Part shown: one piece after another, positions 28,225 through 36,486 of the stretch
Position numbering within the stretch: the first letter of the stretch is position 1
Layout of the letters: every line of letters starts with the position of its first letter
DNA from: a virus
Lineage: Duplodnaviria > Heunggongvirae > Uroviricota > Caudoviricetes
DNA: 46,563 nucleotides
Reading direction: 5' to 3' (one strand)
IMG/VR virus record: IMGVR_UViG_2721755658_000005
Location: 1-46,563 of that record
The notes under the pieces: model-generated
The model's database searches: none
What the model was told of the DNA's origin: nothing
The model's input: only the letters and a program-made list of their open reading frames with translations
Translations under genes and position numbers: made by a program

Positions 28225-29958
28225 TTAAAGCGAGCGGATCCCGTAGGACTCAATGTGGTCGGACAGCGTGTCTTCTTTCTCATACAGCATGGCTCTGCCA
28301 ACCGCCATAATCAGCGCAACTGCACCATCGATTTTGTTTTCCGCCTGCTCTTTGACGGGCTTCACCACATCATCGTTACCCGGAATGGTTTTGCCGACCA
28401 CGTTGCCGATACACCAGGTCATGATGGGATTGCCATCATGATGAAAGCGCCCCGATTCAATTGCCGCTTCCAGCTCTTTCATCGGGTCGGACATGTTGGT
28501 GTAGTTCTGAATGATAGTGATGGGGTTCAGGTCTTCATCAGCAAGGTCATGTGACAACCCGGTCGCCCCGAAGGGGTCAATGGGTGACTCACTGACCGGG
28601 CTGATTTTGTTCGCCGCTTTGGCCTCCTCGAGGATGTAGCGATAATCCACCTCCGCACCATCGGTAACGGTCAGAACGCCCATTTCCACCCATTTCTGAA
28701 AGCGTTCGGCTGTCCGTCGATCTTCATTTTTCTCGACGCTGTACACCGTGTCATACGGTACCCAGAAACGCGGGGCCACACTGTAGTAATGCGTTTTACC
28801 GTCAATCTCGCGGGTATAAAGTCGCGCCATGCTGTTCATATCCAGCTTACGCGCCAGGTCAAAGGCCAGAATGCACGGTTGCCCCTCGAACTGCTCAAGG
28901 GTCAGTGATTTATCCTCGCAGCTCTGCCAGCTCACCAGGTTGAAATACGCCGAACGCGCCGACACCCAGATATTGAGGTGTTTTGTTTTAAAGACGTTTG
29001 CCAGACGGGCGTTATTTTTCGCACGCTGCTGCTGACTTAACAAAAATTCGCGATAAACCGACACGCCAATATTCGGGTTAGCTTTTTCCAGCACCTGCGG
29101 GTCGGTCCAGTCATCGCCTTCGTCAACGGTATAGATGATCCCGAACAATTCATCGTTGGGTACCGAACCGTTGAGCATCTCGATAACTTCCCGCCGCTTG
29201 TCGTAGCACGGCCCCTCAATGTTGTACCCGGCGGTGGTGATGGCCCACATCAGTGGCTGACGTCGCGCGCCCATCCCGGTAAGCATCGTGGTATAAAGCG
29301 CATCGGTGGCGTGCTCGTGATATTCATCCACCACGGCACAGTGGGGTGATGAACCATCACCGGGGTTACCGATCAGCGGTTCAAACCGCGCGCCATCCTC
29401 CGGACGGTTCATGTTTGAGGCGTTAACCTCAATCCCGAACGCTTCCGTCAGCATGGGTGTGCGTTTACACATCAGTCGCGCCGGGCGAAAGACTTCCCAC
29501 GCCTGTTTCTCTGTCGTGGCACCGGAATACACTTCCGCGCCAAACTCGTTATCACAGGCAAAACAATACAGGGCAACACCGGCAGAGATTGCCGATTTGC
29601 CGTTCTTACGGGGGATTTCGGTATACACCTCCCTGAAGCGGCGCAGCCGGGAGCCTTTATTGACCCAGCCAAACGCACAGCAGATCACAAAGAGCTGCCA
29701 CGGTTCCAGCGTGATGGGCATCCTCTTGAATGCCCACTCCCCCTTGGTGTGTGGCAACAGCTGAATAAATTTCGCGGCCCGTTCAGCCAGGTCCTTGTCG
29801 AAGCGGTAACGAAACGACTTACTTTTTTCCGCCATCAGGTCATCAAGATGGCGCTGGCAGGCCTGAATCACAAACTGGCAGGCCACAATCTTTCCGCGCA
29901 CGACATCACGGGCATACTGATTGGCAGCATTTACGTTGGGGTAAGATTTCCGGCTCAT
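28225..29958 (-). CDS. terminase large subunit
   Basis: 577 aa. The Walker A-like motif is IPRKNGKS. It has the character of a terminase_1 family protein. Confidence 0.9.
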   Translation of the reverse strand: MSRKSYPNVNAANQYARDVVRGKIVACQFVIQACQRHLDDLMAEKSKSFRYRFDKDLAERAAKFIQLLPHTKGEWAFKRMPITLEPWQLFVICCAFGWVNKGSRLRRFREVYTEIPRKNGKSAISAGVALYCFACDNEFGAEVYSGATTEKQAWEVFRPARLMCKRTPMLTEAFGIEVNASNMNRPEDGARFEPLIGNPGDGSSPHCAVVDEYHEHATDALYTTMLTGMGARRQPLMWAITTAGYNIEGPCYDKRREVIEMLNGSVPNDELFGIIYTVDEGDDWTDPQVLEKANPNIGVSVYREFLLSQQQRAKNNARLANVFKTKHLNIWVSARSAYFNLVSWQSCEDKSLTLEQFEGQPCILAFDLARKLDMNSMARLYTREIDGKTHYYSVAPRFWVPYDTVYSVEKNEDRRTAERFQKWVEMGVLTVTDGAEVDYRYILEEAKAANKISPVSESPIDPFGATGLSHDLADEDLNPITIIQNYTNMSDPMKELEAAIESGRFHHDGNPIMTWCIGNVVGKTIPGNDDVVKPVKEQAENKIDGAVALIMAVGRAMLYEKEDTLSDHIESYGIRSL

Positions 29959-30458
29959 GATTCGATGATTTTCAGAAACGGGTTAGTGGCTTTCTTCTGC
30001 CCCGCCAGGCCAATCAGACGCTGGCGGCTGCTGGGGTCGAGTCCGAGCATTGCCCCCGTGCTGCTCATCTCGGACTCCTGTTCTTTCTTGGCGGTCAGCT
30101 CCGGATTTTTGACCATACCGCCCATTGCACCGGTGATGGTGTTGCCCTGTCTGGCAATATTTTTCACGGCACGTCGCCAGAACTCATAGGCCACGCACCA
30201 CCGCTCAAGTACCGCTAGGTCAGTCACGCACAGCAGGCCCTGACCGCAGAGTTCTTTGGTTGTCAGTTGCCACATGATCGTGGCGAGAGGGAGATCCTCT
30301 TCAGCGAACCACTCCGGTGGCTCAACACCTTTGATGGGCGTAAAAACAGGTTCATCTTTGTTCAGGGCTCGCTTGCCGGGGTTTCCGGACAGCGCCTTGC
30401 GCGCCGTTGGCTTGGGGCGACGCCCGGAACGCCCCGCCGTTCCAGCCATATGCGGCAC
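29955..30458 (-). CDS. terminase small subunit (P27 family)
   Basis: 167 aa. The motif [22 protein letters not shown] is typical of the P27 family. Confidence 0.85.
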   Translation of the reverse strand: MPHMAGTAGRSGRRPKPTARKALSGNPGKRALNKDEPVFTPIKGVEPPEWFAEEDLPLATIMWQLTTKELCGQGLLCVTDLAVLERWCVAYEFWRRAVKNIARQGNTITGAMGGMVKNPELTAKKEQESEMSSTGAMLGLDPSSRQRLIGLAGQKKATNPFLKIIES

Positions 30459-30574
30459 TCCTGGTTAAATTTCATTTTTCGCGGGTATAAAAAAACGATG
30501 GGGCGGGCAGTCCGGAAGACGTCAGGCCGCAGGGATTTGACCCGCCCCTCCCCTCAGGCAGTTGAGAATCATTA

Positions 30575-30925
30575 TCACTTCAACCGTTCACGGGCCGTCT
30601 TCGCCTTATGACACGGCCAGCACAGACTCTGCAGATTACAGTCGGCATCAGTGCCGCCATGCGCTTTAGGGATGATGTGGTCAACAGTTTTCGCCTCACG
30701 CACCACACCAGCACGCAGACATAGCTGACACAGGCCTTTGTCACGCTTCAGGACACGCACGCGGATAACATCCCACTTCGAACCATAACCGCGCTGATGA
30801 CGAGATTGTCCTGGCTTGTATTGCTTCCAGCCTTCGCTTTTATGGCTTTCACAATAGCCTGACGGGTCAGTAGTGGTATTGCGGCAACCGCGAACGCGGC
30901 AGGCTTTTGGTGTTCGTGGCGGCAT
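30575..30925 (-). CDS. HNH endonuclease (packaging-associated)
   Basis: CQLC...DHIIPKAHGG...NLQSLCWPCHKAKT is the HNH motif. Confidence 0.9.
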   Translation of the reverse strand: MPPRTPKACRVRGCRNTTTDPSGYCESHKSEGWKQYKPGQSRHQRGYGSKWDVIRVRVLKRDKGLCQLCLRAGVVREAKTVDHIIPKAHGGTDADCNLQSLCWPCHKAKTARERLK

Positions 30926-30977
30926 ATCTACTCCAATGAAAAAGCCACCGGTTGATAACCGATGGCTTTGATTGTTC

Positions 30978-31172
30978 TTACCTGTTTTGAAGAATCTCCC
31001 GCTTTCTTACAATACATTCCGTCGTTTCTCTATAGCTGCACACGTGCTCCCGTGAACATTGGTATGTGTGCAATTCGCCGATGGCATCACCGATACCAGT
31101 CAGCACATCTTTTTCATGCAGAATGGTCACCTGCAGACGGTTGGTTGGGCAGATAATGTTTGAATAGTTCAT
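30978..31172 (-). CDS. hypothetical 64-aa Cys-rich protein
   Basis: The ATG at 31172 is preceded by AAGGAGA. The longer 123-aa track ORF needs a TTG start and has atypical composition. Confidence 0.45.
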   Translation of the reverse strand: MNYSNIICPTNRLQVTILHEKDVLTGIGDAIGELHTYQCSREHVCSYRETTECIVRKREILQNR

Positions 31173-31206
31173 TTTGGTGTCTCCTTTGCTTTCGAGACAC
31201 CAAAAT
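31173..31206 (-). promoter_or_regulatory. 12-bp perfect hairpin overlapping the SD of the 64-aa ORF
   Basis: TTTTGGTGTCTC-N10-GAGACACCAAAA. The 3' arm on the mRNA contains part of AAGGAGA and ends at the ATG. Confidence 0.5.
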
Positions 31207-31346
31207 CCCATCACGACACGTTTACCGCCACAAACATTATTGCAGGCACCCATTGAATACCTGCGGGACTGATAAACACAGCCTCCTCCATACGTAGTGA
31301 AACCATTTTCATATCTCCAGTAATGAATTCTTTGAAGAGTCGCAAT

Positions 31347-31369
31347 CAATACGACTCACTAATGGGGAG
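31347..31369 (+). promoter_or_regulatory. T7-class phage RNA polymerase promoter-like sequence
   Basis: cAATACGACTCACTAATGGGGAG compared with the consensus TAATACGACTCACTATAGGGAGA. The 14 nt AATACGACTCACTA are exact. Confidence 0.6.
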
Positions 31370-31373
31370 GCAT

Positions 31374-31389
31374 GTCCAACGCGTTGGAC
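31374..31389. promoter_or_regulatory. perfect 16-bp palindrome GTCCAACGCGTTGGAC (operator-like)
   Basis: The sequence is self-complementary and lies between the two phage-type promoters. Confidence 0.5.
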
Positions 31390-31403
31390 GAGTTGCCTAC
31401 TTG

Positions 31404-31424
31404 ATTTAGGTGACACTTTAGAAG
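31404..31424 (+). promoter_or_regulatory. SP6-class phage RNA polymerase promoter-like sequence
   Basis: ATTTAGGTGACACTTTAGAAG compared with the consensus ATTTAGGTGACACTATAGAAG gives 20/21 matches. Confidence 0.6.
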
Positions 31425-31472
31425 GACAGAATGCCTTCCTCACTCAAATAACATCAATTAAGGAGGTTCAAC

Positions 31473-31595
31473 ATGCTTCGTTCCAAAAATCAGTTGACTG
31501 TAATTATTACTACGTCACCTTATGCCGAAGACCTTTTCCGCTTCACTTTGAGCCTGATTCACTTCTACCTGACCGGCTCGCCTCTATCCTTCTGA
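31473..31595 (+). CDS. 40-codon ORF behind TAAGGAGG-N6-ATG
   Basis: It encodes MLRSKNQLTVIITTSPYAEDLFRFTLSLIHFYLTGSPLSF. The ORF is antisense to the 3' end of the Rz1-like gene. Confidence 0.3.
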   Translation: MLRSKNQLTVIITTSPYAEDLFRFTLSLIHFYLTGSPLSF

Positions 31596-31818
31596 TCCCC
31601 GCTTTATCCAGATTGCACTGCCCTAGCGCCGACAACAGACTGACATTCAAATCTAGGCTACCCGCATAAGTCAGCGGTTCAGAAATGGCTGGTTGCGGGG
31701 TTTCAGCGGTCAGACTCGCCGGTAACGGTATAGCCGGAACTGGCACGTAAACTGTCCGCGTACTTCCGCAACCGGTCAGCAGCGGCGGCAGGCACAGGAC
31801 GTGAAGCACAATCATCAT
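31543..31818 (-). CDS. o-spanin (Rz1-like lipoprotein), overlapped arrangement
   Basis: MMIVLHVLCLPPLLTGCGS carries a lipobox. The protein is Pro-rich. The gene starts inside the Rz-like gene in another frame and extends beyond it. Confidence 0.7.
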   Translation of the reverse strand: MMIVLHVLCLPPLLTGCGSTRTVYVPVPAIPLPASLTAETPQPAISEPLTYAGSLDLNVSLLSALGQCNLDKAGIRRIEASRSGRSESGSK

Positions 31819-32095
31819 CCGCAACAGCCACTTTGATATCTTCCTGGGTTCTCTGTGACTCCAGTGCGATCTGCTGTTTTGCATGCTGGTTAACCTCTAT
31901 AACTGTATTGACGATTTGCAGTGATTGCAGGACGTTACGGGTAATGGCTGTTGCAGATTCAACATTTTGTACAGCCTCATCAGCACGTTTCTTTTCGTGC
32001 TGATATTTGCTGTAGTAGTGGTTGGCAGACCAGATGAAAGAACCGATGACAGTAAAGAAGAATGCAGCGATAACCAGCTTATAGCTCAACTTCAT
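31703..32095 (-). CDS. i-spanin (Rz-like)
   Basis: 130 aa with an N-terminal TM segment and a coiled-coil region, downstream of the endolysin. Confidence 0.8.
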   Translation of the reverse strand: MKLSYKLVIAAFFFTVIGSFIWSANHYYSKYQHEKKRADEAVQNVESATAITRNVLQSLQIVNTVIEVNQHAKQQIALESQRTQEDIKVAVADDDCASRPVPAAAADRLRKYADSLRASSGYTVTGESDR

Positions 32096-32555
32096 TTACC
32101 ACCCCACCAGCCTCTTTAAACCGGGAAATCAGGTCACCGATTTTATGTTCATACTGACCGTAACCTGCACCAGGTAACGACGCCCAGATATTGCTGCAAC
32201 GATCGATAGCCTGACGGATATCACCGCGATCAATCATCGGTAAAGCGCCACGCTCTTTAATCTGCTGCAATGCCACTGCGTCCTGGCTTTTGGGGGAGAA
32301 GTCTTTCAAACCAAGCTGTTTACGGTAAGCATCCCACCAGCGTGAAAGAAGCTGATAACGTCCGGCGGCTGTTGATTTGAGTTTGGGGTTTAACGTGACA
32401 AGTTTGCGAGGGTGATCAGAGTAATCAGTAAACAGTTCGCCGCCAACAATAACATCATAACCGTGATTACGTGTCGGTTGTCGCCCGTTATCCGTTCCTT
32501 CTGACCATGCCACCATATCGAGGAAAGCTTTACGCTGGGAATTTAGTACCTGCAT
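32079..32555 (-). CDS. endolysin, lambda R-type lytic transglycosylase
   Basis: QRKAFLDMVAWSEGTDNGRQPTRNHGYDVIVGGELFTDYSDHPRKLVTLNPKL is nearly identical in pattern to lambda R. Confidence 0.9.
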   Translation of the reverse strand: MQVLNSQRKAFLDMVAWSEGTDNGRQPTRNHGYDVIVGGELFTDYSDHPRKLVTLNPKLKSTAAGRYQLLSRWWDAYRKQLGLKDFSPKSQDAVALQQIKERGALPMIDRGDIRQAIDRCSNIWASLPGAGYGQYEHKIGDLISRFKEAGGVVNEVEL

Positions 32556-32558
32556 AAA

Positions 32559-32885
32559 TTACTCCTTAGAGCCACCAAACTTATTACCGATTACTCTCAT
32601 TGCAGCCCCACGAATAGCATCAACACCGATCAGCCCCACCCCACCACCAATGGCAACAGATAGTGATTTAGGCCATCCGACATACTCAAGAGCGGATGCA
32701 AAAGTCAGCGTCAGAGCGCCACAGAGTAGAATTTCGAGTGTTTTTCGCTTCCAGCCGCCACCACCGCCAAAATAGGCAATACGTAAACCAGCCATAACAA
32801 TCGACATAATCACTGCGCCCAGCGGTGTGTCTCCACGCCACCAGCTCTGGACCAACTCCAGCCAGGTATTTGGGTTATGAGGCAT
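32559..32885 (-). CDS. holin
   Basis: 108 aa with multiple TM segments and a charged C-terminus, immediately upstream of the endolysin. Confidence 0.8.
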   Translation of the reverse strand: MPHNPNTWLELVQSWWRGDTPLGAVIMSIVMAGLRIAYFGGGGGWKRKTLEILLCGALTLTFASALEYVGWPKSLSVAIGGGVGLIGVDAIRGAAMRVIGNKFGGSKE

Positions 32886-33027
32886 TTGTAGTTATCTCTC
32901 ACCTCGCTGATACAGCAGGTGCAAATTGAGGGAACATCATGTACAGCAAATTAGAAGCGGAAACGTCAAAGAAGCCGAACCAATGGATAACTGCGGAATA
33001 GACCAGGACCAACGAATCCCCATCCCC

Positions 33028-33059
33028 AGAAACGACAAAACCCGCTCGACGGCGGGTTT
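33028..33059 (-). terminator. intrinsic terminator upstream of the holin (tR'-like late terminator)
   Basis: On the minus strand: AAACCCGC-CGTCGA-GCGGGTTTTGTCGTTT. Confidence 0.6.
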
Positions 33060-33231
33060 AAGCTGTGTGGCGAAGTAACCACTCTTAACACAGTAATCTA
33101 GAAAATGCGGACCGCGTTAGTGATTTTTATCTGTTTTTCCATTATTTTTTTGCCACACAGCTTAAAACGAAAAATAAAGCAGGCGTTGCCAAACCTCACG
33201 GTGACAGTTGGCTTAGAATGAGGACATATTT

Positions 33232-34251
33232 TTGGATAAGTTTGATGAGATTCATGTAGACATTGAATCTGAGCAGCAAGCCTTCGATTTGCTTGAAAGC
33301 TATCTTGATGGTTATGGTTTACCTGACAGTTTAAGTTTCAACGGATGGCCAAACCTTACCATCAGATTAACCGGTGAAAAATTCAACAGATCGCTAACAC
33401 CTTCAGTTATGAAGGGATTTGTTGAAATGCAAGCTCAAATCAACAAATCATATGCCCTTGCCAAGTACGGTGTCCCTGACGTCCGCAAACTGACCAAAGA
33501 AGAACTTGATGCCCTAGAAATAGAAGTTACGGTAGAACAGGGTTCTTCAATAGTAGAAATCAACATTGATGGCTTTTTAACCAAACTCACACAGGAACTT
33601 GTTGGTAAAATGAACGCAACTGAGATCATGTTTACTGTTCTCGGCGCAGCAGTCATCTGGGGCGGAGTAACAGTATTTAAACGGTTCTTGGACAACCGTA
33701 AAGATATTCGCCTTGCAGAAATTGCTAAGGATGGAGAGAAAGAACATCTCCGGACTATGCAGATCATGAGCGAGCAAGAAACTAAACGCCTGCGGGTTAT
33801 TTCAGAAATGATTGCGGAAAAACCACTTCTCGATAACATGGACCGTATGTCGTATGACGCTAAAACCCAAATGGTCAAATCCTTTGTGCGTTCAGATAAC
33901 GCTCAAATTGATGGCGTTACTATTGATTCTGAAATGGCGAAAGAGTTGGTTACGAATGCTCGTAGACGTTCATCAGAAATGAGGATTGATGGTATTTACC
34001 GAATTGAAGAAGTCAATAATACTGACCCAGAGAGTTTCAAAGTTAAGGTCCGACGCGTAGATACCGACCAACGTCTAACCTGCGTAGTTCAGGATGTTTT
34101 CCTTGATGAATCCGGAAACAAAGAAGCATTGCAGCGAGCTGAGTGGGAAAGAAAGCCTGTACATTTGAGCATTAACGCAAAACACGTCGATGGTGACATT
34201 AAGTCAGCAGTAATTCTCTATGTTCGAGATGTGGAACAAAAGCCCGAGTAA
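33232..34251 (+). CDS. 339-aa single-TM protein of unknown function (moron between Q and the late leader)
   Basis: The start is a TTG preceded by GAGGA 7 nt upstream. The central hydrophobic helix is IMFTVLGAAVIWGGVTVF. The gene is lower in GC than its neighbours and convergent with Q. Confidence 0.65.
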   Translation: MDKFDEIHVDIESEQQAFDLLESYLDGYGLPDSLSFNGWPNLTIRLTGEKFNRSLTPSVMKGFVEMQAQINKSYALAKYGVPDVRKLTKEELDALEIEVTVEQGSSIVEINIDGFLTKLTQELVGKMNATEIMFTVLGAAVIWGGVTVFKRFLDNRKDIRLAEIAKDGEKEHLRTMQIMSEQETKRLRVISEMIAEKPLLDNMDRMSYDAKTQMVKSFVRSDNAQIDGVTIDSEMAKELVTNARRRSSEMRIDGIYRIEEVNNTDPESFKVKVRRVDTDQRLTCVVQDVFLDESGNKEALQRAEWERKPVHLSINAKHVDGDIKSAVILYVRDVEQKPE

Positions 34252-34265
34252 TCGGGCTTCAATAA

Positions 34266-34643
34266 TCAATCTTTAATTTCGGGGTCCATCTCTAGACTAA
34301 TTTCCAGCATCGATAGGCAGCCATCAATAAACCCCTCAGCCATCTGTATCTCAATGCGTATTAGTTTCTCATCCTTTTTACGAGCCTTGGCGAGCTTTCT
34401 TTTAGAGATACCGTATAGGTAATGGGCAACAAGAAGCGAATGTTCGTCCGGCCTTTTTTGCCTTAGACGAGCAAGACAACCTTCAATAATTAATGCATCA
34501 CTATCTGAACATGCCTGACGTGTTTTGCTTGTATAGGGAAGAAGCCCTTTAAACCCAGCAGCTATAGGAGAATAGTCTACTCCTGAACTATCACTCGCCG
34601 CCCATGCTCCCCAACGATCCAGAACCATTTGAATATCACGCAT
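34266..34643 (-). CDS. late antiterminator Q
   Basis: MRDIQMVLDRWGAWAA... fits the Q family. The ATG at 34643 has a GGAGA Shine-Dalgarno. The track start at 34658 is a TTG. Confidence 0.8.
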   Translation of the reverse strand: MRDIQMVLDRWGAWAASDSSGVDYSPIAAGFKGLLPYTSKTRQACSDSDALIIEGCLARLRQKRPDEHSLLVAHYLYGISKRKLAKARKKDEKLIRIEIQMAEGFIDGCLSMLEISLEMDPEIKD

Positions 34644-34660
34644 CAACTTTCTCCACAAAA

Positions 34661-35656
34661 TCAGGCCAGCACGCCAATTGCCAGCGCACGATCGATAAAA
34701 CGAAATATCAGCTCCAACTGAGAGCCATACTTTTCTTCAAATACCACGGTATCCGCATGCAGCTCGTCGTGATGCTTTCTGCACAAAGGCAGCACGAAGA
34801 GGTCATGCGCTTTTGTACCCATTCCACCCTGACCGTGGCCTATCAGGTGGTGGGGATCATCTGCAGGCTTTCCACAACATGCACACGGCTGCGTCTTAAC
34901 CCAGCGCGTGTACTTTTCGTTAACCCAGCGGCGACGTTTGGGACGTAACATAAAAGACTCCGGCGACTCCGGATCCACTTTCAGCGCCAGCACCTTTTTC
35001 GCTTTATCCTGGATGATGCTGGTGGCAGGAACCGAAGGCACAAGGTCACTTTCCCGGGTGACAGACGGCACAACAGGCTTCGGTAATCTCAGTGCCTTAC
35101 GGGCTGCGCTTTCCGGTAAGGCATCCGCCAGGTCATTACGAACCAGCCACCAGCACAGTTCCGGCATTGTCACAACGTGACTGTCATCAAAACCGAGATC
35201 CCGACGCACGAGAGACAACACCCAGCGGGCACAGTTATCCGTTGCCATTGATTCCAGCCGTTCCGTGAATTGATCGCGCAGCTGGTTATCGCAGTGCCAG
35301 CACAGACGGATTGCGCCCGGCGCGTGTCGCATTGTTGTCATGTTCTCGCTGTGCCAGTCGGAATGAGGCCACTGGCAGCCTTTTTCACGAAGTAACCAGC
35401 TTTCAAGACATTCCACGCCACCAGCACGACGGATCACTGCCTCATTGCGGAACACGGCCCGAACGGCAGGATCATCCGCCAGCGGTTGTGATGCCGCCGG
35501 AACGGCACCACTGGCAAAAGATGAATAACGTTCCGGCTCAGGCTCCAGCAGGACACGCCCCTGCATAAACAGGGGCATCAGCTCTGAACCTGGTCTGAAC
35601 AATACGATCCCCATACGCGGGGCAATTTCAGGGGTCAGTAGTGCTCTCACGGTCAC
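34661..35656 (-). CDS. DUF968-domain protein (YdfU-like, C-terminal HNH-like Zn motif)
   Basis: The C-terminus reads CACCGKPADDPHHLIGHGQGGMGTKAHDLFVLPLCRKHHDELH. Confidence 0.75.
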   Translation of the reverse strand: MTVRALLTPEIAPRMGIVLFRPGSELMPLFMQGRVLLEPEPERYSSFASGAVPAASQPLADDPAVRAVFRNEAVIRRAGGVECLESWLLREKGCQWPHSDWHSENMTTMRHAPGAIRLCWHCDNQLRDQFTERLESMATDNCARWVLSLVRRDLGFDDSHVVTMPELCWWLVRNDLADALPESAARKALRLPKPVVPSVTRESDLVPSVPATSIIQDKAKKVLALKVDPESPESFMLRPKRRRWVNEKYTRWVKTQPCACCGKPADDPHHLIGHGQGGMGTKAHDLFVLPLCRKHHDELHADTVVFEEKYGSQLELIFRFIDRALAIGVLA

Positions 35657-35657
35657 C

Positions 35658-36467
35658 TCAATGAACGGTATCGAGCAGCTTTAACAGCTCAGGGAATCGG
35701 GATTCGAAAAAGTGCGGCTGCGTCTCGCGCGGATTTGCGGGACTGGTGATGTTCTTGCCGAACATGCAGCCTTTCGCTGTCAGCGACCAGAATTTTTTGA
35801 TGTTGTTAATCGCGGTACGGCTGTATCGTTCGCGCTGCTCGACGATCCCCAGCTTCACCATCTGGTGATATGCCTGATTAGCCGTCAGGCGGATACCATA
35901 CTGCTTCAGCAGTGCACTCAGTGACAGTGTCGGGCGACTTGAGCCATCGTGTGCATCAGCAGGGGCATCAATGGCATAGCGCGGTGCCAGATTCGGTAAG
36001 CCAACAGCCTCCTGGAGTTTCTGACAGGCACCAAGCACTGATGAGTTAGACAGGTTTAATTCCCGGCGCATAAAGTCCAGCAGGATCACGCCAGCCTGCA
36101 TCTTGTCAGCAGCCTGCCCGGATAATTTTTCGGGTGCGCTGGTTACCATATCGAAAGTACGGATCACCTTCAGATGGAATGCCGGGCTGATCCACATTGC
36201 ATAGGCATACACCAGTTCTTTGCAGACATACGTCCCCTGGTTATTTCCGCCATTAATAACGCTAACTGGTTGATTCTTTTCCAGAGGCGGAATTCCACCC
36301 TCGGTGAAAAGTTGTTCAATCAGTTCACAGGTTTGCTTATTGGAGAGCCAGTATTTCGGGCGGTTTTTTTGTTCTCCCCCGGCAGCCCGATGCAGATCGT
36401 TCAGGCTGTAACGACCATAAGCATCACGACGAACTTCAATACCATCAATGACCATCAGATTATTCAT
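35658..36467 (-). CDS. KilA-N domain protein
   Basis: The N-terminus reads VIDGIEVRRDAYGRYSLNDLHRAAGGEQKNRPKYWLSNKQT. Confidence 0.8.
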   Translation of the reverse strand: MNNLMVIDGIEVRRDAYGRYSLNDLHRAAGGEQKNRPKYWLSNKQTCELIEQLFTEGGIPPLEKNQPVSVINGGNNQGTYVCKELVYAYAMWISPAFHLKVIRTFDMVTSAPEKLSGQAADKMQAGVILLDFMRRELNLSNSSVLGACQKLQEAVGLPNLAPRYAIDAPADAHDGSSRPTLSLSALLKQYGIRLTANQAYHQMVKLGIVEQRERYSRTAINNIKKFWSLTAKGCMFGKNITSPANPRETQPHFFESRFPELLKLLDTVH

Positions 36468-36486
36468 ACTTCGTTTCTCCTCTTAA

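Noticed and set aside
12547-30611. Numerous 60-200-aa ORFs on the + strand across the structural module (for example 13636-13887, 16803-17300, 21536-21952, 22946-23536, 23626-24123, 25816-26250, 27441-27950, 29749-30189).
   Set aside because: These are GC-rich antisense or off-frame shadows of well-supported minus-strand virion genes. They have no independent start signals, and their composition is typical of non-coding frames.
30978-31349. The full 123-aa track ORF as one gene.
   Set aside because: It needs a TTG start inside the T7-like promoter. The N-terminal 59 aa have odd composition (Trp, Tyr, Cys and Gly runs). A strong AAGGAGA-ATG start exists at 31172 for the C-terminal 64 aa.
31300-31430. 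Simple cloning-vector contamination as the explanation for the T7/SP6 promoter pair. The CCAACGCGTTGG palindrome also recalls the pGEM polylinker.
   Set aside because: This is not fully excluded. However, the promoters are in tandem rather than convergent as in the dual-promoter vectors I know. Both differ from the vector sequences at melting-region positions. The flanks read straight into phage genes (Rz1 on one side, the 64-aa ORF and HNH on the other) with no vector backbone. I kept it as a finding, with a UniVec and read-level check specified.
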